Source: Accumulibacter sp. (GTDB taxonomy: Bacteria; Pseudomonadota; Gammaproteobacteria; Burkholderiales; Rhodocyclaceae). From it: a DNA stretch of 44,897 nt. Positions 19,023-28,531 of the stretch are shown one piece after another (position 1 is the stretch's first letter; every line of letters starts with the position of its first letter). Where the stretch lies: contig JAITIQ010000233.1 in NCBI GenBank assembly GCA_031279425.1, positions 1-44,897 of the forward strand, read 5' to 3'. Below the pieces are notes generated by a model. The model saw only the letters and a program-made list of their open reading frames with translations, was not told the DNA's origin and made no database searches. The position numbers and the translations under genes are program-made.

Positions 19023-19618
19023 TGACACGCAGATACTTGATCATGCCGCTGTTCGCTGCGCTCGTCTTCGTCGGCGCCTGTGAGACGTCCGGCCCGAAAC
19101 CGGAACCGGAGCCAACCTATGAAGAGGCCGCGATGTATCAATTCACGGCCACCAATCACCAGGCGGCCGACCGATTGCTGGCGGGATATGGCGCGGCGGT
19201 TCCTTACACGGCTTCCGTCAGCAATTTTTCTTCGCCGGGTGGGGGTGGCACCATTCTGGTCGCCACGCTGGCGGATGTTTCCCGCCTGGAACATTCCTCG
19301 CCGTTTGGCCGCATCATCAGTGAGCAACTGGTCTCGCGGATTGCGCAGAATGGACGCTCGGTGGTGGAAATGAAGTTGCGCGGCAGTGTGTTCGTACAGA
19401 ACAACAACGGTGAATTCCTGCTCACGCGCGAAGTCCGCGAACTGGCCAGCAGCCAGAACGCCGGCGCGGTGTTGGTCGGAACCTACGCGGAAAGCGGGCG
19501 CTTCGTTTTCATCAGTTTAAAGCTGGTCAACCCGGCCGACAGCCTCGTGCTGTCGTCTCACGATTACACGCTGCCCATCGACAGGGTGGTGCGCCGTCTG
19601 TTGTCCGAACGCCGGTGA
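19019..19618 (+). CDS. FlgO-family outer membrane lipoprotein
   Basis: Lipobox VGAC; ILVATL....L..SS.FGR.ISEQ, GEFLLTR, AVLVGTY motifs typical of the FlgO domain. Confidence 0.8.
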   Translation: MMTRRYLIMPLFAALVFVGACETSGPKPEPEPTYEEAAMYQFTATNHQAADRLLAGYGAAVPYTASVSNFSSPGGGGTILVATLADVSRLEHSSPFGRIISEQLVSRIAQNGRSVVEMKLRGSVFVQNNNGEFLLTREVRELASSQNAGAVLVGTYAESGRFVFISLKLVNPADSLVLSSHDYTLPIDRVVRRLLSERR

Positions 19619-19623
19619 TGGCC

Positions 19624-19656
19624 CTCTCCGAATCCTGGGTTTGGGAATTCGGAGAG
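19624..19656. terminator. Hairpin between convergent genes
   Basis: CTCTCCGAAT...ATTCGGAGAG inverted repeat. Confidence 0.5.
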
Positions 19657-19668
19657 CGTCAAATCATC

Positions 19669-20421
19669 TCATAACCGGTAACCATAAAGCCGCGTCTTCC
19701 TCGCATCGTCTACCTCGATTTCGAAGGCGGCCTCGACCCCCAGCGCTTCGAAGCTGTTGCTGACGAACAGCGTACCGGGGCGCATTTCGCGTTTTACCTT
19801 GAGCCACAGATCGGCCATCGGCGCCGGCGAGAGGAAAGCGTATACGAAGTCGTATTCGGCCAGCGAAACCTGCCAGAAGTTGCCCAGCGTCCAATGGCAG
19901 TTTTTGCGCCTCACCACGCGCAGCCGGCCGATCGCCCAGGGCAGATACGAATTTTCGACGCCGGAGACCTGGATATCCTGCCTCGTTTCCGCGAGCGCGC
20001 AAACGACGCCGCCCGTACCCGCTCCGAGATCGATGAACTTCGCGCCCGGCAGGTCGGCGAGAAGTCCGGCCAGGACGCGGGCCGTCTCCCGGCTGGAAAG
20101 ATACAGCGGCACCCGGCTGGTCAGCGCGCCGCGATAAACGAGAAACATCAGCGCGAAAGCCGCCAGATACCACTCTGGAGCGATGCTCAGGCCGGTAAGG
20201 AGGACGGCGGCCGGCGCGAACGAGGCGTGAATGATTCGCCACCACCAGTACTGGGAAGTCAGGCTGGCGAGCAGGAAAGCCAGCGCGCCGATCAGGAGGG
20301 AGGTTTCGAGCCACGGCAGGGATATCTGGCGAAACAGGCAATAGGGCCAGGCCACGCCGAGCGCGATGAAGGCCGCCGCCGCCTGGAGCGCCAGTTGTCG
20401 TGAATAGGGTGATTGATTCAT
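19669..20421 (-). CDS. Membrane-anchored class I SAM-dependent methyltransferase
   Basis: N-terminal TM helices; VPLYLS, IDLGAGTG, VYAFLSP.PM, EMRPGTLFVSNSF. Confidence 0.85.
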   Translation of the reverse strand: MNQSPYSRQLALQAAAAFIALGVAWPYCLFRQISLPWLETSLLIGALAFLLASLTSQYWWWRIIHASFAPAAVLLTGLSIAPEWYLAAFALMFLVYRGALTSRVPLYLSSRETARVLAGLLADLPGAKFIDLGAGTGGVVCALAETRQDIQVSGVENSYLPWAIGRLRVVRRKNCHWTLGNFWQVSLAEYDFVYAFLSPAPMADLWLKVKREMRPGTLFVSNSFEALGVEAAFEIEVDDARKTRLYGYRL

Positions 20422-20526
20422 GGCGAATCCCTGGGGCTAAAAAAACGTATTTTGCCGTGATATTCCGGCGTGCTCATCATGCCCGTGAGCCGGATGGAGC
20501 CGTCGACTTGCATCGAAAAAATATCC

Positions 20527-21186
20527 TCATGGCGCGTTTTCCCTGTTCAGGTCGTCCATGATGGCGCGGACGACTTCCCGGCCGCGCGGCATGGCCCTGG
20601 CAACGTCGATCGACGAAGCCGTCCCGCCGCCGCAGAGTTCGGCGAACAGTTCCGCGAAAGCCTCCCGACGACCGTCGGCGCCCTCTTGCAGAAGATAGCG
20701 TATTTCGTCCGCCGCGTCGGGATGCAGTTTCTTGTTCAACCAGGCGCTCAATTCTTTCGTATCCTCCGCGTAGGTCGCCACGAACGCGGGGAAATCGTTG
20801 GCGCGGATCACCCGGTCCAGCGCGTGCCCGTGCTCGTGCCGGAGTAACGCGCCGACGCGGGAAGCGGAAGTCGCCTCGACCGCGCCGTCCTTCCGTTGGA
20901 TCGTCGAGGCAATGACGATGTGCTTTTCTTTGAGTTGCGTGACCCCTTCGACGTTTTCCCAGGTCGCGCCCGACGGATAACCGCGCGGCAACGGCCCATC
21001 TTGAGATCGGGAGAGATTTCGACCAGCGTGCGAGCGCCGAGTACGGTGAATCCAGCGCGCGCGGTGCCAGCCGTCGATCACCTGGGCCGGCGTCTGGAAT
21101 CCCGGCTCGCCGTGCCGCCCGCGAAACAGGTCGTCGGCGGTTTTGATCGGCTCGAAGAGGATGTCATATTTCGGGTCGTGTGCCAT
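20527..21186 (-). CDS. HEXXH zinc-metallopeptidase-like (ATLF-type) protein, possibly a chimeric remnant
   Basis: PRGY..GATWENVEG, LRHEHGHALD, YLLQ, EAFAELFA; AAAGGGA RBS before ATG 21186. Confidence 0.55.
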   Translation of the reverse strand: MAHDPKYDILFEPIKTADDLFRGRHGEPGFQTPAQVIDGWHRARWIHRTRRSHAGRNLSRSQDGPLPRGYPSGATWENVEGVTQLKEKHIVIASTIQRKDGAVEATSASRVGALLRHEHGHALDRVIRANDFPAFVATYAEDTKELSAWLNKKLHPDAADEIRYLLQEGADGRREAFAELFAELCGGGTASSIDVARAMPRGREVVRAIMDDLNRENAP

Positions 21187-21493
21187 GGATGAGTCCCTTT
21201 GCAGAATATTGACTTTGATTGCCCGCGAACGCGGGCGTATCGAAAACACGGAAGTTCATCCGCGTGCGATACATATCAACATTCGTGCCATCTTTTGGCG
21301 GCGAAGAATATGCTTGATTATCAGTGAGTTAGGAATTCCCCATGCTGCGTCCGATGCAATTTCGCAGCATTTTCCGTGTGCGCGATGCAAAAAAACGGCG
21401 GCCCGCCAGGCAATTCCCGCCCAGTTCTCAGCAAGAACCGTAAATGCGACCTTTCCGACGACGGAACACGGAACCACCGGCGCGGCCGGCGCC

Positions 21494-21688
21494 AGAGAAG
21501 AGACAGGCGTGCTGACGGAGAAGTTGGAGAAAGTCATCCACCCGCTGGAATGGGTGCGGGTGGAAGAATTCATTGAATCCATGCGGTATGGCGTCGGGCG
21601 TGTGCCGCATGCACGGGCTTGGCTGGCCAATGCCTTTGTAGCCAAGGCGGTGCTGGAGTTTTCGACGACGGTGGGTCTGATCGAACGG
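21494..21688 (+). pseudogene. N-terminal fragment of an IS5/IS1182-like transposase
   Basis: LTEKLEKVIH.LEWVRVEEF...GVGR.PH.RAWLANAFVAKAVL..STTVGLIER resembles the N-terminus of a betaproteobacterial IS transposase (recalled); no start codon or DDE domain. Confidence 0.65.
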
Positions 21689-21741
21689 GGTCGAACCCGC
21701 CGCGCTTGGTTTCCCCATGCCGTCTTGCCGTTTGCCCGGGC

Positions 21742-22074
21742 TCATTTGCCTTCGGTCTTCTCCGTGTTCTCTGTCAAGCGGCCCTCCTCCATCACGCGCA
21801 CCGCTTCGCCTTCGATGACCTTCCCGACGCCGGCCTGGCTCCGGTGATCGGCGGGCGTTCCGCATCTTTGCGTGGGCGTTTCTTCCCGCAGCGACCGCCG
21901 CAAGGCGCGCGTCTTCCACCAGAACCAGCCCCAGAACGCCAGCCCGGCGAGCGCGAGGCCCGCCAGGATCACGACGGAAAACATCAGCGCCGCGCCGGCG
22001 GCAAGCAAGGCGAGCACGGCAGCGATGATCCTGGCCGCGAGACTTGGCGGCGTGTCAAAGTGGATACGCATCAT
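21742..22074 (-). CDS. Small membrane protein
   Basis: Two TM segments, FWWKTRALRR, VIEGEAVRV tail. Confidence 0.75.
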   Translation of the reverse strand: MMRIHFDTPPSLAARIIAAVLALLAAGAALMFSVVILAGLALAGLAFWGWFWWKTRALRRSLREETPTQRCGTPADHRSQAGVGKVIEGEAVRVMEEGRLTENTEKTEGK

Positions 22075-22087
22075 TCGCTCCCATTCC

Positions 22088-24079
22088 CTAAGTCGATCTG
22101 CCATGGCTTTCGCTCATCGATGCCTCGGCCAGGGGCAGTTCGACCCAGAAACGGATTTTTCCCTCGACACCGGGTTCCGCGCCGGCCCGCCCGCCGTGCT
22201 TGGCGGCGACGGTGCGCACGTAGTAGAGCCCCAGGCCGGCGCCTTTCGGCCGGCGGCCCGCCGGATCGTTTTCCTTGCCACGGCGGAATTTTTCGAACAC
22301 CCTGGACAGTTGTTCGGGATTGTATTCGCCTCCCGCGTTTTCGACCCAGAAGCGCACGAACTCGCGGGCCGATCCGTCGATCCCGCGATGCCCGCGCTCC
22401 GTTTCCAGGACGATCGACGAATCGGACAATCCGTGCGTCACCGCGTTCTGCAGCAGGTTGATGGCGCAGCGCTCGATGGCGTCGAAGTCGCCCACCACCC
22501 ACAGAGGTTCGGCTGGCAGATTTCGTTCGATGCGCATACCGCGGTCCCGCGCGGCCAGGAACAGTTCATCGGCCGCCTGGTGCAGCAGGAAAATGAGATC
22601 GAGCGTCTTCATGTCCTTGCGATCCAACGCCTTGGCGCGCGCCAGGTGGAGAAAATCCTGGGCCATCGACTGGGCTCGCCGCAACGACGGCAACAGTTGT
22701 TCCGGGCGGCAATCCGCACCGCTTTCCAGGCGCTGCACGGCGCAAGACAGCGGCACGTGCAGGTCGTGCGAAATGAAGGCCAGCGTCTCGCGGCGCTGCT
22801 CTTCGAGTTGCCGCACCCGCTGCCGCGCCGTCTGGACCTGCGCGATACGCTGCTCGAATCCCATTTTTCTCGCCGACAGTTGACCCGGATCGTCTTCGCC
22901 GGAGATGGATCCGGCGAGTTCCCGCAGTTCGAAATCCAGATCCCGGCGCACCACTTCGAGCCGCCGCCAGCTCCACAGGGGATAGGCGAAGAAGCTGGCC
23001 AGGACGGCGCTCATCGGCGGAAACCACCATTGCAGGCAGGTGAGGCCGAGCACCGAAAACGCGACCGGAAAAAGCATCCACGCCAGCGAGGAGAAAAGCG
23101 CCGAAGAGGGCATCAGGCGCGGCAGCCAGGACAGGGGTACGAGCGCCAGGGCGACGGAAAAAAGCGCTGCGATGCCTGGCGGCATTTCCCGCACCAGTGT
23201 TGCCGTGCGCAGTCCGAGCCAGACGTTGGCCTGAATCTCCACGCCCGCCATGGGCAGCGCGTTGGCGGAAACAGGCGTCGAGAACTGATCGCCTAGACCG
23301 ACCGCGGCGGCGCCGACGAGGATCGTCCGGCCGACGATCATGGCCGCCGGAACCCGGCCTTCGAGCGCATCCGCATAGGAGACGTGCGGAAAACTTCCCG
23401 GCGGCCCGGCGAACCGCAGGCGCCGCCGCCCATCCTGCACGAGTTCATAGCTCGCTTCTGCCGGCGGCGAAACGGCGGACACCACCGGCGCTTCGCCGCC
23501 TACCCGCAGCAATTCCGCGGCGAACAGGGGCCAAGCCGCGGCGCCCACGCCTTCTTCCAGATCGACGCTGCGCGCCATGCCGCCTTCGTCGATGCGCACG
23601 CCGACACGACCCAGCCCCGCCGCCGCGTCGCGCAGAATCGGAATCGGTGGCGATTCGATGACTTGTCCACCCATGCTTTCCGTTTCCAGCACCAGCGGCA
23701 GCACGACCATGCCGCACCGCCGGATGGCTTGCGCCAGGCGCTCGTCGACTTCCGGCGACTGGGGTTCCGGGAAGGCGACGTCGAATCCGACGACCGCCGG
23801 CCGCGCCCGGCACAAGGCGTCGAGCAGGCGGGCATGGACTTGGCGTGACCAGGGCCAGCGGCCGAGACGGTCCAGGCTGTGCTCGTCGACCGTGACCAGC
23901 AGGACGTCGTCGGGAATCGGCTCGGAAAAGGCCATCTGGCCCAGGTCGAACACCATGTGGTCGATCCGCTGGAGCGCGCCGGAGAGACTGCACGTCAAGG
24001 CGATCACCAGCAGGATCAGGATGACGATGCTCTTTTCCCGCATTCGGGAAGAGGCGGAGAGGACGGCAGACTCCTTCAC
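22088..24079 (-). CDS. CHASE2-domain sensor histidine kinase
   Basis: CHASE2 motifs VDEHSL..LGRWPWSR..HA, GFDVAF.EP, MAGVEIQA; 3 TM; H-box SHDL; N-box NLLQNA; GAGLGL; GTG start overlapping upstream stop (alt. ATG 24043). Confidence 0.9.
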   Translation of the reverse strand: MKESAVLSASSRMREKSIVILILLVIALTCSLSGALQRIDHMVFDLGQMAFSEPIPDDVLLVTVDEHSLDRLGRWPWSRQVHARLLDALCRARPAVVGFDVAFPEPQSPEVDERLAQAIRRCGMVVLPLVLETESMGGQVIESPPIPILRDAAAGLGRVGVRIDEGGMARSVDLEEGVGAAAWPLFAAELLRVGGEAPVVSAVSPPAEASYELVQDGRRRLRFAGPPGSFPHVSYADALEGRVPAAMIVGRTILVGAAAVGLGDQFSTPVSANALPMAGVEIQANVWLGLRTATLVREMPPGIAALFSVALALVPLSWLPRLMPSSALFSSLAWMLFPVAFSVLGLTCLQWWFPPMSAVLASFFAYPLWSWRRLEVVRRDLDFELRELAGSISGEDDPGQLSARKMGFEQRIAQVQTARQRVRQLEEQRRETLAFISHDLHVPLSCAVQRLESGADCRPEQLLPSLRRAQSMAQDFLHLARAKALDRKDMKTLDLIFLLHQAADELFLAARDRGMRIERNLPAEPLWVVGDFDAIERCAINLLQNAVTHGLSDSSIVLETERGHRGIDGSAREFVRFWVENAGGEYNPEQLSRVFEKFRRGKENDPAGRRPKGAGLGLYYVRTVAAKHGGRAGAEPGVEGKIRFWVELPLAEASMSESHGRST

Positions 24080-25719
24080 AGGAGCGCGAGCAGCGGCAGC
24101 AGCAACAGCCACAGCCACGGCCGGCCATCGGCAGGAATGTCGATTTTCTGCACGGATGCCGGCCCCGGCGTGCCGTCGGACAGATCGACCAAGCGAACTC
24201 CGAGATAGAAGCTTCCACTCCCCGGACTGGTCAGTTCCAGCGCGTCATCGTCGGAACAGGCCCGGGCCAGCGTCGTCCGCAGGTCCCTGTCCGCCGCGAG
24301 AAACGCTTCGTAGCCCATGCCGGAGACTGGCGGCAGAAAGAGCGCCACACGCTCGTGATCGACACGCAGCGCGGCCTGGCCCAGGTCGACCGGGCCGGGC
24401 CCCGGCCGGTAAACAAAGGCCGCCGGCTGGCTCCAGGGTCCTTGTTCTCCCGCTTCGGAAAGCGTTGCCACTCGCCAGAACAGGGGGCCGGGCGGCAGAT
24501 CCCGACCGGCTTCCCCGCTTTCCGCCGCGACGACAGCATCCTCCAGCAGCGACGAAAAAGCGGCATCGGCAGCCACCTGGAAACGATAGCGCGAAGCCTC
24601 GAGCACGTTTCCCCAGGCGAAACCCGGCCGCGCGCTGCGCACGACGGCGCCGTCTCCGGGCATCTTGAGAGCGGGCGGAAAAGGCCGGGCAAAGACGGTG
24701 AATCGGTGCAGCGCGTCGCGCCCCGACAGGCCGTTGACGTCGATGGCGCGCAAGGCCAGGACGTAACTTCCGTTCGGCAGGTCGGCGAAGGTCAGGTGCG
24801 CCGAGCGCGTCCGCTTGCTGGCCAGAATGGAATGCGGCTCCCGGTCCGGCGCGATCAGTCCGTGCCACTCCGTGGCGCCGGCCAGCTGCGGCAGATCGAA
24901 GCGCATCGGCAGGATTTCGAAACGCGTCGGCAGGGAAGACACATCGGCGGCGGGCAGCAGGGCGACGGGAGCGATCGGCGGTTTTCCGGCCTTGACCAGC
25001 GTTCCCTTCCCCGCGGGGATGGTGACGCGCCTGCCTGCCGCCGTGACGCTCACCACGCCGGAGAGCGTTTCCTCGCGCGAAGCCGTCTCGTCGGCCTCGA
25101 GACGGAAATGGGTGCCGCGCACGACCGCCTGCGCCGACGGCGTGCGGATGCGCAGGTTCCGGCGCCTCTCCGGATTGGCCTGGACGTCGGTCTGTCCGCG
25201 CGGCAGATGCAGGCGCGTGTCGACCATCAGACCGCCGGCGAAGACACTGAGGGTATCGAGCTCGAGCACGGAATGCGGGGCGAGAATGATGCGGCTGCCG
25301 TCGGCCAGCAGGAGCAGCGCGGAAGAATCCTCGCCCGTTTCCACCACCGCGCCGGCGGCAAGCCGCAAACCGTCGCTCGCCGCGCGCCACTCTCCGTTTC
25401 CGTCATGCCAGCGCACGCCGCCATGGATCTTTTCCAGGCGAGCCGTTCCCGGTTCCCTGCGCAGCATCGAGGCGGGAATGCGCACCGCCGTCCCCGGCAG
25501 TATCCGATAGGGGTCGGCGATGTCGTTGTTCTCCTGTATCCTCGGCCAGTCGGCGGGCCGCGCCAGATAACGCCCGGCGATGGAAATCAGCGTGTCGCCG
25601 GGCTTGATGACGTAGCGCCAGACGGAAGCCGCCTCCCCGGACATGGCTGGCGAAGCCATGGCCAGGAACAGCGCCGCCAGACGGCAAACACTCGTCGGGA
25701 AGCAGCGATGATGAATCAT
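24076..25719 (-). CDS. LysM + FecR domain protein with Ig/FN3-like C-terminal region and C-terminal hydrophobic anchor
   Basis: Signal peptide, YVIKPGDTLISIA (LysM), L..ADGS, IRTPSAQAVVRGT.F (FecR), GPWS motif, terminal WLWLLLLPLLALL. Confidence 0.88.
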   Translation of the reverse strand: MIHHRCFPTSVCRLAALFLAMASPAMSGEAASVWRYVIKPGDTLISIAGRYLARPADWPRIQENNDIADPYRILPGTAVRIPASMLRREPGTARLEKIHGGVRWHDGNGEWRAASDGLRLAAGAVVETGEDSSALLLLADGSRIILAPHSVLELDTLSVFAGGLMVDTRLHLPRGQTDVQANPERRRNLRIRTPSAQAVVRGTHFRLEADETASREETLSGVVSVTAAGRRVTIPAGKGTLVKAGKPPIAPVALLPAADVSSLPTRFEILPMRFDLPQLAGATEWHGLIAPDREPHSILASKRTRSAHLTFADLPNGSYVLALRAIDVNGLSGRDALHRFTVFARPFPPALKMPGDGAVVRSARPGFAWGNVLEASRYRFQVAADAAFSSLLEDAVVAAESGEAGRDLPPGPLFWRVATLSEAGEQGPWSQPAAFVYRPGPGPVDLGQAALRVDHERVALFLPPVSGMGYEAFLAADRDLRTTLARACSDDDALELTSPGSGSFYLGVRLVDLSDGTPGPASVQKIDIPADGRPWLWLLLLPLLALL

Positions 25720-25801
25720 GGGCGCTCCTCCGGCACGGCGGGAATGAAGTCGACAAGGTACATCTTCAACGCGGGCCGAATGAAAATGGTTTACAGCGAT
25801 T

Positions 25802-26491
25802 TCATTCCTTCAGCCTTTCCAGGCGATAACCATGGCCATACACGGAAACGAGGCGCCAGCCGAGTTCGGAGGTAATGCCGATCTTGCGGCGCAGCGCGCT
25901 CACGTGCACGTCGACCGTGCGCGTATCGACATTCGCGGACAATCCCCAGACCACCTTGACCAGATGATCGCGCGTCAGCAGTCGGCCGGTGTTCTGGAAG
26001 AAGTACAGCGCCAGATCGGTCTCTCGCTCGGTCATGGCGACGACCTGGCCGTCAACCGTGATCTGCCGGCGACCGTGGTCTACGACCAGCCTGCCGAAAT
26101 CCTGCACCTGCGGCAGGGCGTCGTCGGCATACCTGCGCAGGACCGCCTGCAGGCGCGCCAGCAGGACGGGCTGCGTGAACGGCTTGACGAGATAATCGTC
26201 GGCGCCGGCATTCAGCGCCTCGACGACGTCCTCCTCGCTGTTGCGGCCGGTCAGGAACAACACGGGCGGCATGGCCTGGCGCAGCTTGATGCGCAGGCGC
26301 GACATGACTTCGATCCCGGTCAGATCCTCCACCGACCAGTCGAAGAGGCAGGCGTCGAACCGCTCCGCGGCAACGATGCGCGCGCACTCCAGCCCGCTGA
26401 CGAACCAGCGGACTTCGTAACCGGCCTCATGCAGCCACGAGTAAACCATGGCGGCATGTTCGCTGTCGTCCTCAAGATAGGCAATTCTCAT
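25802..26491 (-). CDS. OmpR-family response regulator
   Basis: MRIAYLEDD, LFDW phosphoacceptor, GADDYLVKPF, TRTVDVHVS.LRRK; alt. TTG start 26500. Confidence 0.92.
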   Translation of the reverse strand: MRIAYLEDDSEHAAMVYSWLHEAGYEVRWFVSGLECARIVAAERFDACLFDWSVEDLTGIEVMSRLRIKLRQAMPPVLFLTGRNSEEDVVEALNAGADDYLVKPFTQPVLLARLQAVLRRYADDALPQVQDFGRLVVDHGRRQITVDGQVVAMTERETDLALYFFQNTGRLLTRDHLVKVVWGLSANVDTRTVDVHVSALRRKIGITSELGWRLVSVYGHGYRLERLKE

Positions 26492-26638
26492 ATTTTTCAA
26501 CGATTTCCCGACAATTTTTGAGAGTGAGTAGACTGTAACAAATAATCAAAGCATGGACAAAAAGCGACCAAAGCACTTCCGGATCGGATAGAATCGAAAA
26601 GCGATGAACGGTCATGACGATTACCGTCGCCCGCGCGA

Positions 26639-26702
26639 GGAGGAAAGATGTGGTGGTACGCGAGCCTCCGGCTCGCATTGCGGGCAGGGTGCCCGCGCTC
26701 CC
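26639..26702. repeat. Dispersed REP/REPIN-like repeat family A, copy 2 (better preserved)
   Basis: Two hairpins GCGAGC-ctccg-GCTCGC and GCGGGC-agggt-GCCCGC; 43/50 identity to 10205-10254. Confidence 0.75.
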
Positions 26703-26968
26703 ATACCCGGCCTTCAAAGGCCATTCTTCCGACGAAAATCCTTACCTATAGGTCATTTTATTGTCTCGGTCTCCGTCCAATTCGCCTCCATTTGCCCACT
26801 TGTTCAGCGTTTCCCCGATCAGGAAAAGATTTTGTCTTCTCTGTGATCAATGGTTTTTCCATTCTCTGTTCAACTACAGCAAGGCTGATGGATTCGCTCG
26901 TTGGGTGAAAACATGAGTTTTTTTCGGTGTATTTGTGGTTTCCAGTGCGGACAACCGAAGAATTTAGG

Positions 26969-27742
26969 GTGAACCGGCACGTCGCGCGCAAACGCTTCGG
27001 GCAGCATTTCCTGGTCGACGCGCGGGTGATCGGCGCGATCATCGATGCCGTCGCGCCGCGCCGCGACGATATCGTCGTCGAGATCGGCCCCGGACTCGGG
27101 GCATTGACCGCGCCCCTGCTGCACAGGCTCGATCATCTGCACGCCGTCGAGATCGACCGCGACATCGTCGCCCGGTTGCGGCGGCGTTTTCCCTCCGACC
27201 GCCTGAGCGTCCACGCGGGCGACGCGCTGCTCTTCGATTTCGGACGGCTGGCCGTCGCCGAAGGCAAACTCCGCATCGTCGGCAATCTGCCGTACAACAT
27301 CTCGACCCCCCTGTTGTTCCGCCTGGAGCGCTTTGCCGGCTGTGTCCGCGACCTGCATTTCATGCTGCAGAAGGAAGTCGCCGAACGCCTGGTGGCCACG
27401 CCGAAAAGCGCCGATTACGGACGGCTGTCGGTGCTGCTGCAATACCGTTTCGTCATGGATCGGCTGCTCGATGCGCCGCCGGAATCCTTCGAACCCGCGC
27501 CGAAGGTCGATTCGGCGGTGATCCGCCTGATCCCGCGCGACCCCGTCCAGCCCGCGGCGCGCGACGAGGCGCGCTTTGCCCTGCTCGTCGCCGCGGCTTT
27601 CTCGCAGCGGCGCAAGATGCTGCGCAACACCCTCAAGGGCCTCGTCGACGAGGCCGAACTGGAATGCCTGGACATCGCCCCCACCGCCCGGGCCGAGGAA
27701 TTGTCCGTCGCCGATTACGTGCGGCTGGCCAATGGCGGCTGA
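26969..27742 (+). CDS. rsmA: 16S rRNA dimethyltransferase RsmA/KsgA
   Basis: RKRFGQHFL, EIGPGLG, GNLPYNISTP, MLQKEV, PKVDSAV; GTG start. Confidence 0.96.
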   Translation: MNRHVARKRFGQHFLVDARVIGAIIDAVAPRRDDIVVEIGPGLGALTAPLLHRLDHLHAVEIDRDIVARLRRRFPSDRLSVHAGDALLFDFGRLAVAEGKLRIVGNLPYNISTPLLFRLERFAGCVRDLHFMLQKEVAERLVATPKSADYGRLSVLLQYRFVMDRLLDAPPESFEPAPKVDSAVIRLIPRDPVQPAARDEARFALLVAAAFSQRRKMLRNTLKGLVDEAELECLDIAPTARAEELSVADYVRLANGG

Positions 27743-27943
27743 CGGGGAGGAAAGCGCTTTCCAGTGATCAGCGGCAGGCGGATCGCCGGAAACGCGCATC
27801 GACCGTCGACGTGCCACATCCAGATGCCATTTACGTCGCGCGTCCAGGTCGGCGTGCCGGCGCGCGCCACGGCCATTGTCGACAATCCAATGTTCCCGGC
27901 AGACAGGGATGGGGTGTTCGCGGACCGAGGTCTTGCCCCTGCG

Positions 27944-28531
27944 TCAGCACAGCGCCCATTGCGCGACGGGCGCGAAACTGCGCCGGTGCGCGGGGCTGGG
28001 TCCGTGCAGGCGCAAGGCTTCCAGATGGAACGCGGTGGGATATCCCTTGTGCCGGTCGAAACCATAGACCGGATAGGCGGCGTGCAGCGCCAGCATGCCG
28101 GCGTCGCGCGCGGTCTTGGCCAGAATCGACGCCGCGGCGATCGGCGCGACCTTGCCATCGCCGCCGACGATCGCTTCGGCCGGGCAATCCAGCCGGGGGC
28201 ACCGGTTGCCGTCGACCAGGGCAAGCCGCGGACGCGCGGCCAAGCCATCGACCGCCCGGCGCATGGCCAGCAGACTGGCCTGCAGGATGTTGATGCGATC
28301 GATCTCCTCGACGCTGGCTTCGGCCACGGCCCAGGCAAGCGCCCTGGCGCGGATTTCCACGGCCAGCTCGGCGCGCCGCTTGGCGGAAAGCTTTTTGGAA
28401 TCGTTCAGGCCATCGATCGGTTTCTTCGGATCGAGGATGACCGCCGCGGCGACGACCGGGCCGGCCAGCGGACCGCGCCCGGCCTCGTCGACGCCGCAGG
28501 TCAGCCCTTCAGGCAGCCGCAGGGACGGCAT
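27944..28531 (-). CDS. rnhB: Ribonuclease HII
   Basis: [34 protein letters not shown]. Confidence 0.97.
   Translation of the reverse strand: MPSLRLPEGLTCGVDEAGRGPLAGPVVAAAVILDPKKPIDGLNDSKKLSAKRRAELAVEIRARALAWAVAEASVEEIDRINILQASLLAMRRAVDGLAARPRLALVDGNRCPRLDCPAEAIVGGDGKVAPIAAASILAKTARDAGMLALHAAYPVYGFDRHKGYPTAFHLEALRLHGPSPAHRRSFAPVAQWALC

Noticed and set aside
19019-19618. Calling this gene flgO of a flagellar locus
   Set aside because: Domain similarity only; no flagellar genes adjacent
27743-27943. Spacer between rsmA and rnhB with protein-like TWTRDVNGIWMWHVD on the minus strand
   Set aside because: Short, no recognisable family, no clear RBS
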